Shown here piece after piece: positions 40,361 to 52,200 of a DNA stretch of 64,000 bases. This stretch comes from Acanthaster planci (taxonomy: Eukaryota): the NCBI RefSeq assembly GCF_001949145.1, contig NW_019091355.1:305720-369719 (forward strand), written 5' to 3'. Numbering within the stretch: the stretch's first letter is position 1; each line of letters starts with the position of its first letter. A model generated the notes under the pieces. It saw only the letters and a list, made by a program, of their open reading frames with translations, made no database searches and was not told the origin of the DNA. The position numbers were made by a program, and so were the translations under genes.

Positions 40361-43300
40361 TGCTAAACAGAATTACAATGAAGATGAACGGTACTTTGTG
40401 TTTTCAGTCAGTCTTGAAATCAGCTGAAGTTGCTGCTCTTTCTCGAAGCCAGTCTGCTGAGCCAAGTGATCAAGCAAATTTCTCTCGAACACGTCGCAAA
40501 CATAAACGCGCACTGTACATGTACAGTACATGTACTTAACAACATCGATCGTGAACACGAGGTTTCCAATGTGTTTATGTATCGCGCGCGTGCTCTTTTA
40601 GGGCGAGATTTGTCCACCTGTGGCTGTTCTTGTCTCGGACTGTTACTCCCTCTGCTCACATGGCGTGATCCTACGTCTTCTCATTGACAGATCGGTACAG
40701 AGTGTTGTCCCACTAAGCTGTACGGTCCTTGCGTCTATTCCGAATTTCTAAGCCATGCAACACAAACTGCCACCATTGTGCTATTGTACACTGTGTACGT
40801 GACCTCTGTTGAACTTCAAATGCACAAAGGCGCGGCAAGCAGTGACGTGTCCCCGTGCCTACATATTATTCTACACAGTTTTGCATACAGCTGCATTAAT
40901 TTGGCCTTGTTCCTCGTGAGACGTGTTCAAGGGTAGACTGGTTCTGAAAGTCCTTTTCTCAGTAAACCATGGGGAAATAAAACAGCAAAACTGATCATCA
41001 GTTCAGATTGAAAGCAACATTTTTATGATAAACATAGTGCGGAACTTGAATGTTCATGCGCGGTTATATGTTTGATAACTTACTTTTCGTATGAGCTTGG
41101 ACTGTCTTCATTCAGGCAGTCACTCAAAAGGATGTCTGCATCACTGCTGGCATAAACACTAGCTGCCCCAAGTGACTCTTTTTCACGACTCAACCCTTCG
41201 ATTAACTTGGAATACATTTTTGCAGGTCTTTGCCCTCGTCCGCATGAATGTCATCAGAGGGGTTGGAAACAAGTGTTGCACTAGCCATAGTAAGGCGCGC
41301 AAAGTGCTTTCATTGGCTGTGGAAGTCTCAGGCGTGCGATTTCCATTCCTGATTGGTCAGTTGATAACAGTACCTCTGAAAGGAATAATTACACAGCACC
41401 TACAGCAAACACCTGATTACACAATCTCACCACATCGTCACACGCGTGAAAAGAAAGAGTTAGAAAGTGACACGGTGGACTTACACTTTTCTTTGCGAGT
41501 TTATCTTGGCCTATACAGCTCTTATAAAACTCCATAGCTGAAAAGGTTGCTGGTAATGTGCATCGAATCCACCAATTCTTAAATCACGTTACTTTGGAGT
41601 GTTTTCCTTTTTTGATTTGAAGTGAGAATATTTTATTTGTCAATGGCAGCTAGTGTACTGGTTTATATGGTCAGGTGATAAGGTGAGGAAGTAGCCCTGA
41701 TCTCAGTCGTTAAGATTTTAAAAGTATTTGACTGTCGTTTATGCAGCCGTAGACCTTGCTTATCACATTTTCACGTCACAGCCTGTTTTCTACTGATCTG
41801 TTTATCTCGGTATCCCGTAATAATTATTCCATAATTGGTGACAAACCATAAGATTCCAAAGGGCATAAGTTTGCACAAATAGACTTGTTCCCAGTTCGGA
41901 CAAAGAACTTATCACTCCATAGTGTTTGTCAAGTGATGGCGCCCTTGCTTTCGGCTTCGTGCGATTTCTCTTCCAATCCATCCTGTTGTAATCGCCCAAT
42001 CTGCACTCCCAGTAATGCTAAAGTGTCAGTATTAAACCTTTTTGGTAGATTGACCTTCCCGTATATTTCTGGCAGTTGTCCACACCCCGAGGCCAGCATG
42101 AAGAAAACTAACATAAGGCCTTGCCAAAATTCATGGATGCGCCTGGAAACGACATGGTGGATTACAGTCATCACATGTAAATAAAATCTTCCAATCTTCA
42201 ACTTTGAAAAGTTACAAAAACAACCTAAACATTAATTTGGCACCAAAAATAACAATTTTTGATAATGATTTTGAGGGAAAATAAATGTTACCCATGGGTT
42301 GCGTTTTATAGGTATAAAAACTCTCAAAGTCTTTGTTCGATTGGGCTTGCTTTTTAGAACGTATACGCAAAAAGTAACTTTTCTCACTGCGAGACCACAA
42401 ACAAAAGATTGGTCAATCCAGTAGAAGGAAAATCATACAGTATGCAATATTTTGGCTGGAAAACCAATTTTACTTTTAAATACGTAGCATATTCATTTGT
42501 CTTAAATACGGAATCCACTTTTTCAACTTCTATAAAATCTTGGCTCTTCTTAATAACTGTATACTCCAAACTCTGGTACCGTAGCTGGTAACAAGTTCTT
42601 GCCCGTGTTTTTTTCAATGTCCCTAGATTTCATAGTCTCACCTACTTTATCTCTGCATTATTGTGACCCCGGTTTCGACAAGTAACGATTGTAGTTTCCC
42701 TAGCCCCTAGCCTATTATTCAAGTTGAACTCTGCTCGTCTACAGGGGATCCATGCCAACGCATCAAGGTATCATTGTTCACATGTTTATTCAGTTAAAAA
42801 TAAATCAAATCAAAGATCAAGGTAAAAATGATACCACAAAGAGGGTAACTTGATAGACACTTTGTCACCTACTACCCTACTGACGCAAAAGGCAGTTTTG
42901 TCAGGAGTCAAAGTTCGTAACTTGAGTTGCACATTGCATAACTGTTGAAAGACGTCAGTAGTGTCTAAAATGAAATATTAATTTACAATCAACATTTTAA
43001 AAATATAAAACTATATCGAGGAGTTTTGCAAGAACGGTACATAACGATTTTGCTGTGAACCACGCATCAAAATTATTAGACCCTAAGACGATAATCAGGC
43101 TGGTGCACTTTATCAAAGTTTTGTGGATGTACAGGATTGCAAACTTCTATAATTACGTATGTATTGGTTTAAGAATACATTTTACATCCAAATAGATAAT
43201 TGCAATGCCACCCACTTATGATAATGCACTATGACAATAGCTAGGGGTCAAAAGGCAAAATTTATCCTCATATCTAAGGGGAGAGACTTCACTGTTTTCA

Positions 43301-44703
43301 AAGAATACAGCAGTTGGACAGAGGTCTCCAGTTCCTTGCACAGTAGTCAAAAACTGCTTTGTCTAACTGCTCCCTGGCGTCTGCAGCATAAAGAAGTAAA
43401 CACATGCCATTCTTACACTGTTTCTTGTATGCATGTACTTGAGCAATCGTGCTTTCTGATGATATTAGACAGACGGTTCGGAGCCACACTGCCCACCAGC
43501 AGCAACGTCAACAAATTGCCCAGTGATCGCTGTGATACTATATGTACCAAGTTTAACTCTTAATCCGGTTCATAAGTGTGACGTCACTTCAGTTCAAACC
43601 ATGCCCACTACACAGTTACATGGACCATAGAACCGAAAGTTAAAGTGCAACTTCAGTGTTCATCCAATGGGAAGTTGCTATTAGTGGCGCGTCCGCATGT
43701 ATGACAAAGTCACGAACCAGATCGAGTTACATCATGCAAAAATTAAGCACTTTGGACCAGATGCGATACAATGTGATCACCCTACACGATTAATAATGTG
43801 GGGGTGATCAAATTTCTCGTATAAAACATATGAACTTGCCTTGTTTGGTCCCAAAGGTCGTGGTCAACTTTGTAAACATGAAAATTTAAAGATGCGATCC
43901 ACGATGGAGTCATTATCTGGATATTATAGAAACTTTGAAAACAACCCCCAAAAGCAAACCACCCAATAACATTCGGTGACAATCTTCCCACCCGCTTAGC
44001 ACCAGCGTGTACATGCTACTTGACGGAACCCCCCCCCCGCCACTTGAGCCAGTCTTGGACCCACTCTGTCCCTCCTCATCACAGAAGAATTTAAACTAAA
44101 GCTGTGGAACTAGTACCCTTATTTTGCTTTCAAAACAATTTTATGCGCTCATTTGCTTGACATGGTTAGCCAACACTGATAACAAAATTCAATGAAAATC
44201 TGGCGAGCACTGCCACATTACATAAAACCTGATAATTTTAATCCACCTGTGAGGTTGACATGATACTGATCTTGCTTACACTGAACATCATATTCATTAC
44301 GTTTTTACCATTTAAGCTGGAGGCTTTAAATTTTAATGAAAGAGGCAAAAATTAATTAATGTAACAAATATATAAATATATATAGGATCAGTACTGTTCA
44401 GAGGGTAAAATGTTCACTTTATATAAACGTACTGTACTATAAAACAAAACTAAAATATGTTCAAAATAAAATCAGTGGATATTGGCAATTTGAAACATCA
44501 GGCATTAGATTCAAAGATTTTGTCAACTATGATTCAATCGTAGCGGGACTAAGTAACATGGTGTTGCAATGTCAATTTAGTTGATTGCCATAGTTTCTGT
44601 TTTTCGCAACGGCCATGTCAACAAATTCATCTAAGTTAACTGAGTGTTACATCAACATAGGTTCGATTTTAATGGGGGTTCTAATATGGGGTAAATGAAA
44701 ATG

Positions 44704-44880
44704 TGCCTTTCCTTATGTACGTTTTCAGGTGCGTTGCGTACACGATGCGTTTATTTTCCACAGACACAAAAATCGTCTGGTGTGCGTTGCGTTCGGCTGC
44801 CAAAATTGCCCCGGGAGCAATTTTGACAGATCCACAACGCTTGGCGTAAGTGCTGACGTGCATATGAAAAGGCACCTTAA
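44704..44880. mobile_element. MITE of about 175 bp with imperfect 20-bp TIRs (Harbinger-like)
   Basis: gtgcctttccttatgtacgt at the left pairs with acgtgcatatgaaaaggcac at the right. The interior is CpG-rich in an otherwise AT-rich flank. Confidence 0.5.
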
Positions 44881-46339
44881 TTAAGGATAATGTTTTGACA
44901 CACAACACAGAAAAAGGAAACCTTGTACTGCTAACTCAACAGTTTGTGACAAAGAGCCCAGTGTCTGAATGAAACAAATCTATGTTTGAGGACCACAGAC
45001 CATTAACAATCAAAATTTGTTGAATTTTCACTGGAGCAAAATATTACTGGGAAAACCTCCAGAAAATCAAATCACTTTACACACGCAAATGCCAGCTCTT
45101 TGCAAAGATTAAAAAAGAACTTAGCACATTTAGCTTGTCACAAAGTGACCACAAAAATAACCTAATGCGACAGAATGCCAGGAACAACCATACTGTACAA
45201 AAATAAATCTAAAGTTTCAAATTTATATGACCTATTCAAGCAAAAATGAATCTTCACATGGTCAAACAGACTTAATAATTTTGTTCTGTCCACAATTACA
45301 AAACCAAGAATTCACATCAGACTCATTTTATAGGATACAGTCACATATAAGCACTTGCAGTGAATTTAGGCAAGTTTATCACTCTGTTAATAATTTATGA
45401 ATATTCTATGTATTCTTAACTGGCATTATAAATGATCATGACTATAGCTCAGCATCAACAATGGTGGCAATATGCTGTAAGGTACTGTCAATCATATCAA
45501 TTATTGAAATTCAATATAAATCTGTATCAACAGCTGATCATTTTGTTAATCGATATGAATAATCAAATCAACAATTACTTAAAAATCATGTTTTGCTGAT
45601 GATACAGTTTTTATAGGTATTTTATTCACTTACAAAAAAAAATTATATCATTTATTACCATTATCATAAATAAGTTTATAAGAACTACAACATCTAAAGA
45701 TAAATGTTCTGAAATCTTGATAACTGAGAACTACATGTGCTTGGGAACTATTTCGACATGAAGGGATTATGGTACTTGGTACATAATACTGCCTTCATTT
45801 TACACAGATCCAAATTACATTGACCAGTTTATTCAAATCTAAGCATGGATAGTTTTATGACAGACTTGAACATGGTCTTATTGAAAAGAAAATTGAAGCA
45901 GAAGAGTTCAATTGATTTCATCCTTCACTTTTCATGAAGTGGTTGGAGCTGAAGTAGTGTGAGGAAATGGCAAAGTTCTACAGCAGCCGTTTTTTCCTTG
46001 GGCTGGTTTTCCAGTATTAAACTTATTGCATTGTCATGTGTACCAGGCTGAAGTTCTAGCTGGTAAAATAAAGAGATTTGTCTTTAACAAATAAATTATT
46101 CAGGGGAGATACATTTATCATTAAATAATGTTCAAACTTACAAATATGAATAGTTTTGAGCTGCATATCTGAAACAAATTTATACCCTGAAGTGAGAAAA
46201 TTGGTCATTTGCTGTCTTGCAATACTTACCATTCTATTTCAAATATGTACAAAGTCTTACAATATAACATTCTGTGGCTGAAAACGTAACAAGTTTAACT
46301 AGGATTCATTCAATTTTATTTGATCTAATTTTTGTGACT

Positions 46340-46529
46340 CATTTGAAAAAACTTCAACATGGACGGTATCATCAACAGCACAGAAATCATTCTCAGCACA
46401 ATCCAGCTTCAACTGTCGTTCCTCTATAAAGTGCATTTGAAAAAACTTCAACATGGACAGTGTCATCAGCCGCACAGAAATTGTTCTAAACGAAATCTAT
46501 TTTCAACTGTCACTCATCTGTAAAATGCA
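46340..46529. repeat. Older, diverged tandem duplication, 2 x about 95 bp
   Basis: catttgaaaaaacttcaacatggac...gcacagaaat...ttcaactgtc starts at 46340 and again at 46435. Confidence 0.85.
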
Positions 46530-47441
46530 ATTTTCTATCAATCACCTTATCTGTAATATTTCTATCCACCATGAGCACTTTTAAAGATTTGAAAAAGTTT
46601 CTTTCAAAGAAGCAGGTTTAACCTTTTAAGTCTAAAGTTTCGGCTAAAAGGTTCAGAAGTAAGGTACAGAAAAGTTAGAACATGCATTTGACTATTTTAG
46701 TACGAGAAGTGCAAAAACAAACTACAGAATACATGTACTATGAAGCAAAAGTGCACATTCTTCATTGAACTGTGCAAAACAATTCCATCTTTTTTTTCCA
46801 ATTGTAAGTAGATACTTGTTTCCTTTCGATACGGCAATTTGAACAGGCTCTGTAATAATAGAATTTTCACCCAAATGTTCCAATAATTCTTGCAAATGTA
46901 CTTTTAGTGTCAACTGCATTTAAATTTTACAGTAAAGTTGTTACAGACGTTAAACCAAACAGTTCCATAAAATGCTGCTCAGAAAAGTCTGATAGTGTCA
47001 TCTTATCCATTTTGAACAGCCTATTGAACAATAAGCCAACTGGTGACAAGAATTACAAAGACAACTGTTTTCACTATCTCTACAGATTCATCTACTCTTC
47101 CAAGCTTAGTTTACAACTGGGAACTACATTATGCACTCTTCTTTTAACAATCTACTTCGAGGGCATGCCATTGAAATACTGAAACTAAAACAACATTCTA
47201 TTTATCAGTCAATACTTTTAAGTCTTTGATGTGTTCTTTCACATTTACTGTTTCATTACTTTTACATGTAACATTTGTTTTTGGATGTTATTTTTTCAGT
47301 GTTGGTACGTAATTACACACTAAGTAAAACTCAACATGCAAGAATCATATTACTATATCAATGTTAGTGTGGCTGATGGAATGTGCAGAAAGTCAAAACA
47401 TAAAAATAACAGCCACTGATGTAATTCTTTGCCAAACCCAT

Positions 47442-48386
47442 CTAATTGATTTTCTTTTCGGATTTTGTATTGTCGTTGGAGTCTTGCAAGATGTTTTGTG
47501 CTTGCGATTTTTCTGCCAAAGCTCGTTGTTTCCTCTTGCTTGTGACATAAGTCTCAATGAAGAAATGCACAAACAGTACAAAGTAACTTAGGTACATCAA
47601 AAAGGATGCTCGTAGATTGGCGTCAGTTGTAGCACAGAATCCCCCATTGCTCCGGATGGAGTAGGCATAGCCATTGACGAAGCAGCCCACAAACATCTGC
47701 GCTATCTGCAGGGATGTGATCACGATATTGACCCAAGTTGGAATGTTGACCCATTTAGAAGCCTTGAGGGCATAGTAGGTATACATCAGGGAATGCACAG
47801 TGAAGTTCATCAGGACAAAGTAGCGAGATGGGGCCACCAGTTGTGGATAGGTATACCAGGAGTAGATGAGAACGGTGATATGGTGATACCAGTGAAGGAA
47901 GATTAACTTCTGCTTCCTCAGGACAATGAAGACGGTGTCACCCAACTCCGGAAGCTTACTCAGAACAAACAGCCACGACCAGAAGCCTACCACGCCCTTG
48001 TAGAGGGTAGGGTCACACACTGAAGCTTTCCAACCATAAGCCCTGATGAAATCTATGGTGTAGACCCATACACGAATGGCGCCTATCCAGCTAAACACTG
48101 CTAAGGAGAAGGACCATATTACCAGGCTTAAGCGGAGATCGAACCGAGGTCTATTCTCCATGTAAATCCTCCCAAAGTAGATGAGAACTGCATACAGGGC
48201 GCTGTACACAATCGACTTGGTCCAATTGTTCTGGAACCACATCAGCGAGGCGTCAACTTCTTGCATATCGAATTTCTCGAACTTGAACGAGTGCTTCGGG
48301 TCCCAGACGGACCTGTTTGAGCTGGCCAACACCTCATAATTGTCAAAGGGGAAATTATCGGTGTACTCGAGAGCACTGTGAGCCAT
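47442..48386 (-). CDS. ELOVL6: ELOVL3/6-type fatty-acid elongase, uninterrupted CDS, copy 3 (314 aa from the first ATG)
   Basis: First ATG at 48386 (MAHSALE...; the ORF track starts at an upstream GTG). SKLPELGDTVFIVLRKQKLIFLHWYHHITVLIYSW is nearly identical to vertebrate ELOVL6. Also MNFTVHSLMYTYYALKA, MYLSYFVLF and C-terminal KKIN. Confidence 0.92.
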   Translation of the reverse strand: MAHSALEYTDNFPFDNYEVLASSNRSVWDPKHSFKFEKFDMQEVDASLMWFQNNWTKSIVYSALYAVLIYFGRIYMENRPRFDLRLSLVIWSFSLAVFSWIGAIRVWVYTIDFIRAYGWKASVCDPTLYKGVVGFWSWLFVLSKLPELGDTVFIVLRKQKLIFLHWYHHITVLIYSWYTYPQLVAPSRYFVLMNFTVHSLMYTYYALKASKWVNIPTWVNIVITSLQIAQMFVGCFVNGYAYSIRSNGGFCATTDANLRASFLMYLSYFVLFVHFFIETYVTSKRKQRALAEKSQAQNILQDSNDNTKSEKKIN

Positions 48387-49280
48387 TTCTAAATTCAATT
48401 CAAAATTTACTTCTGTAGACTTCACAAAATTCTCACTGTTCTACGTACCGTTCGTTGCATGCATTCGCTGCGAACAAAAATAGAAGATGTTCCCATGCTC
48501 AGAGCTGACGGCTACTTGTATAAAGCAGGCTAAGTGCTACAGGTCTGCGGTGCAAATGCATTTCTTTTATTTTATTTCAATTCATCACAATGCACAATCT
48601 CCAGTGACAGCAAGAGGACCCTTGTTCAGTGAATCATGCCGAATATGCCTGATCAAAATTTTAAGGACATGTGCGTGTCATCACGCGGTGACCTCTATTA
48701 GCATATTACTGTTTATCAGTTGGCTGTTATAGTCATCAGTGCTACTCCCTCACTTAGTGCGACTCCTACGATATTTTGAAAGAAGAATTTCCCCGTGCTA
48801 AGCTTATAAGATGCCCGAGATGCGAATAAACTAAAGGTAACGTGTATTTGTTTGGTATTGTACATTTGAATTTTGATACCAAGTCAGTGTTGGATTTTTT
48901 GTTTTTTATCGGATGGAGTGGGTTGAATTGCTATGATAACGCGAGTACTTAGCATTTCGCAGACTGATTGGCTGGCTGTAAATCAGGTGGTTTAGCGTGA
49001 TGTAGTTGATGGGCGGATATTTTTCCTCAAGCCAAACTTTCCCTGTCGTGAAGTCGTTTGATTGTCAGTGATTCGCATGATAGCATGAGAGATTTAGTGG
49101 CAAGGGTTTGACGATAAGTGTAGTCATCAACTGAAATACGACCCTATAATATTCAAGTAAACCTGAAAGACTTGAATATTTTGCCCATTTTTGGCCGACA
49201 TTGCAAAGTTTACTGACCTTTGTACGACTGCAAGGTCATGTCATATGTCAAAGTGTGTCATGCGCAAACAAGAAAACAAG

Positions 49281-52200
49281 ATGGCGATCCCCTTGACGAA
49301 GTCGCGCCGCTGTATGCATTTCTCAGTTGTCTTTCTGGTAAAACTATCAATGTTTACCTATTTAATCCTTGGTAAGTGAGAAGTGCATAATGAAATTGGG
49401 ATTTTTGATTGGATTAAGTGGAGTAGCTCTGCTTCTTTTAAGTGCTTTCATTTTGGCCTTGCCATTTCAAGTTTCCGGACAAAGTCAACTCAAATCACAA
49501 TGTGTTGTCAAAGAACGACACGAAACAAGATGTGCACAGTTAACGCATTAGAGTAGACATGGCAGACCAGCATCTTGGTTATTGCAGAAAATGTGCATTA
49601 AAATCATGCCAACTTACATGACTGAAGTAATTGTTTACCTAGCCCCACTTGTGTGGCACGGACTCTCGCTACCGCTCCATCCTTAGCCACACATCCGTAT
49701 ACGCAATTTGCGTGTTGGTGTTGTGAAAAAGTTCGGCGCACCCTTTTATAATCATAGGTGTAACTTTTTTTTGCACACAGAGATGATCCATAGCCTCTTG
49801 GCTTTCTTAGCGCCATTTATTGAATGATTTCACTCACGTTGTTAAGGTATTTTAAAGTCTTTTTGCTTTCACCCATTCAATCTCACGGGCCCTCTCTCAC
49901 AGTCGTCATCTTTGAAATAAGGTCATTGAACATTACGTCACTTGACCCCTCATCATTTCGACGGCAGTTTCATGTCAAGACATATCTAATACATGGACTG
50001 AGCGATAAGATACTGCATGTACCAATGGGCTCTTCCAAAACTTGGGCAGCAGTTTAGATATGTCTTGACACGGAACATAAGTGAAGAAAAGATAAGATAG
50101 GCCTAACGCCTAATTCAACAGCAATTCTCACGGTCCGAGGTTGTTCCATTTATTGCGCTCACATCTGGGCAAGGGGGCAACCCTCCCTTCACATTATACA
50201 GGGATTTGTATGTTTTCCTTATTTTTTTGCTGCAACAAGATAAAAATAACTGAAACCTTTTTACAACAGTCGATTTCATTTTTTGAAAGGTATTTTGAAA
50301 TGTGTAAGATATTTGACTGTTAACTTGTACCCATTTGCTTTTCCTTTTTCTTTTTTTACACAAATAGGCCTAATGTTGTGTGATTATGTTTAAATTTTAT
50401 CGGATTTTTTTGTCTTCAACATACATGTACATTTTACACAGGAGACTGAGAATGATATCAAATGATTTCAATTTAAAGCAAAAGTAAAATTCCCAAATGT
50501 CAGAAACGATTGACCATTCTGTAGTTGGGTAGTATGACTACCTGTATACAGACTGTGTGTCAACTAGTCACTAGACAGTTCTTTTAAAGTACATCGTATT
50601 TTCTCTTGATCCATGATTATGGTGTGGTTTATTTGTTATTTTCTGCCAGTATTTCTGATGCTTGTATTTGAATTTATCAACACAGATATTGTGCATTCTG
50701 CAGAAGATAAGGAGATTTCACAGGAGAAAGGCACAGACTTGTTTACTTCAGAGAATCACATCCAAGGAAGAGGCTCACCTGATAGTGCCTCACCTGACTT
50801 GATGACATCAGCCGAACAGGAAAATGAAGAGATGTTTGAAAATATTTTAGAAAAAACATGGCAACAAATAGGAGATCTTCATGGGGGGATCAGACCTGAA
50901 GTAAAAATGGCAAAAGAAGGGACAGTTGTTACTGGAAAGGAATATAAACGTTCAAGGCCAGACTCTTCTACTCCTATGGATTACATCCAACTCTTGGCGT
51001 CCTACATGAGGCCTGAAGTGTTCCACAAGTTTATTGAAGGTCTGAACAAGACACTGGATGCCCACAAACAGTACTCCCATCCTGAATTCACCTATGTAAA
51101 TACAACCGAGATACATGCAGATGGATCTCAACAACACAAAGTGAAATATCCTTGCATGCACAGACCTACTGGAAACAGAACGTTGCATGTTAAAATTGTT
51201 AACAACACTGAGATGATGGAGTTGGTGAGCAGTGTTTACCATCCACCGAGCCAAGACAATTCGTCAAGCGTGCTGGGGGGTTACTGTGCATTCGTGATGT
51301 TTTACGCCCCCTGGTGTAAGTTTTCTGCTAAGGCTGCACCAGCTTTTAATGCCATCGGGAGAGCATTTCCAGATCTCGAGGTGTTAGCGATTGATGCCTT
51401 TCAGTATAACAGGTGATTATTAAAGTCATAAATGCTGTTTTCCTTCCAGGATTCCCAAGACAAAAGGACAAAGATTATTCGCATCACATATCAAAGGTCG
51501 TGTTATTTGTGTGTAAGCAAGTGGTAATTGTTTTGGTTCATCTTATGTAAAATTTCTCATTTACAGACACATTAATCAGAATAGTCATTGAAGCCTAAAA
51601 TCTTTGTCTCAGACTAGCAAGTCACAATTTTCATAATTGATCTCCACATCCCAATCTTCATCTTGGCTTGGTTATTTGTTGGCTTCAAGTCTACATTAAT
51701 AAGATCTTGGCTTAGTATTTTTGAAAGTGTAATTTTATCATTGCATCCTTCTCATTCAGTTTGAACACACGGTTTGGAATTGTTGCCGTACCGAATGTCT
51801 TACTCTTCCACAATAGCAAGCCAGTCATGAGGTTCAACTATTCACAAAGGACATTTGACGTCTTCAGTGGATTCATTAGGAACTTTACAGGTAGGTTGCT
51901 AAAGAAATTTGCTGGTCTCGCACAAAGTACATACATTTCCTAACCAGTGCCTGGGATATTTGACTTAAGAATAGATGAGGTAAAATCCTATGTCCTGATT
52001 CTACTATATCCCAAAACTGGTTACTTTATAAGAGAAACTGTGATGGCGGATTCAGCTGCATTGCGGTTGTTCTCCAATGCATTTTCATGATGAGTTACGA
52101 TTTCATACAGGAAGGGCTTCTGTTTTTCACTAACCTGCTAACTTACTGAAATTAGATTTGTCAACCTGTCGCGGACATAACTGGTGCCTGAATGATCCAG

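Noticed and set aside
40660..40670. SRE-like ATCACGCCAT upstream of elongase copy 2, with weaker matches near copies 1 and 3
   Set aside because: Short imperfect matches are expected by chance. SREBP control is plausible by analogy with mammalian ELOVL6 but not supportable from sequence alone.
34158..48386. Bacterial horizontal transfer or operon explanation for the intron-free elongases
   Set aside because: ELOVL/GNS1-SUR4 is a eukaryotic family, the motifs closely match animal ELOVL6, KKxx ER signals are present and the genes are 4-7 kb apart.
50613..50685. Signal-peptide-like start MIMVWFICYFLPVFLMLVFEF for TXNDC15 in the ORF track
   Set aside because: It reads through the intron's pyrimidine-rich 3' end. 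A phase-compatible first exon at 49281-49371 in the CpG-rich promoter fits better.
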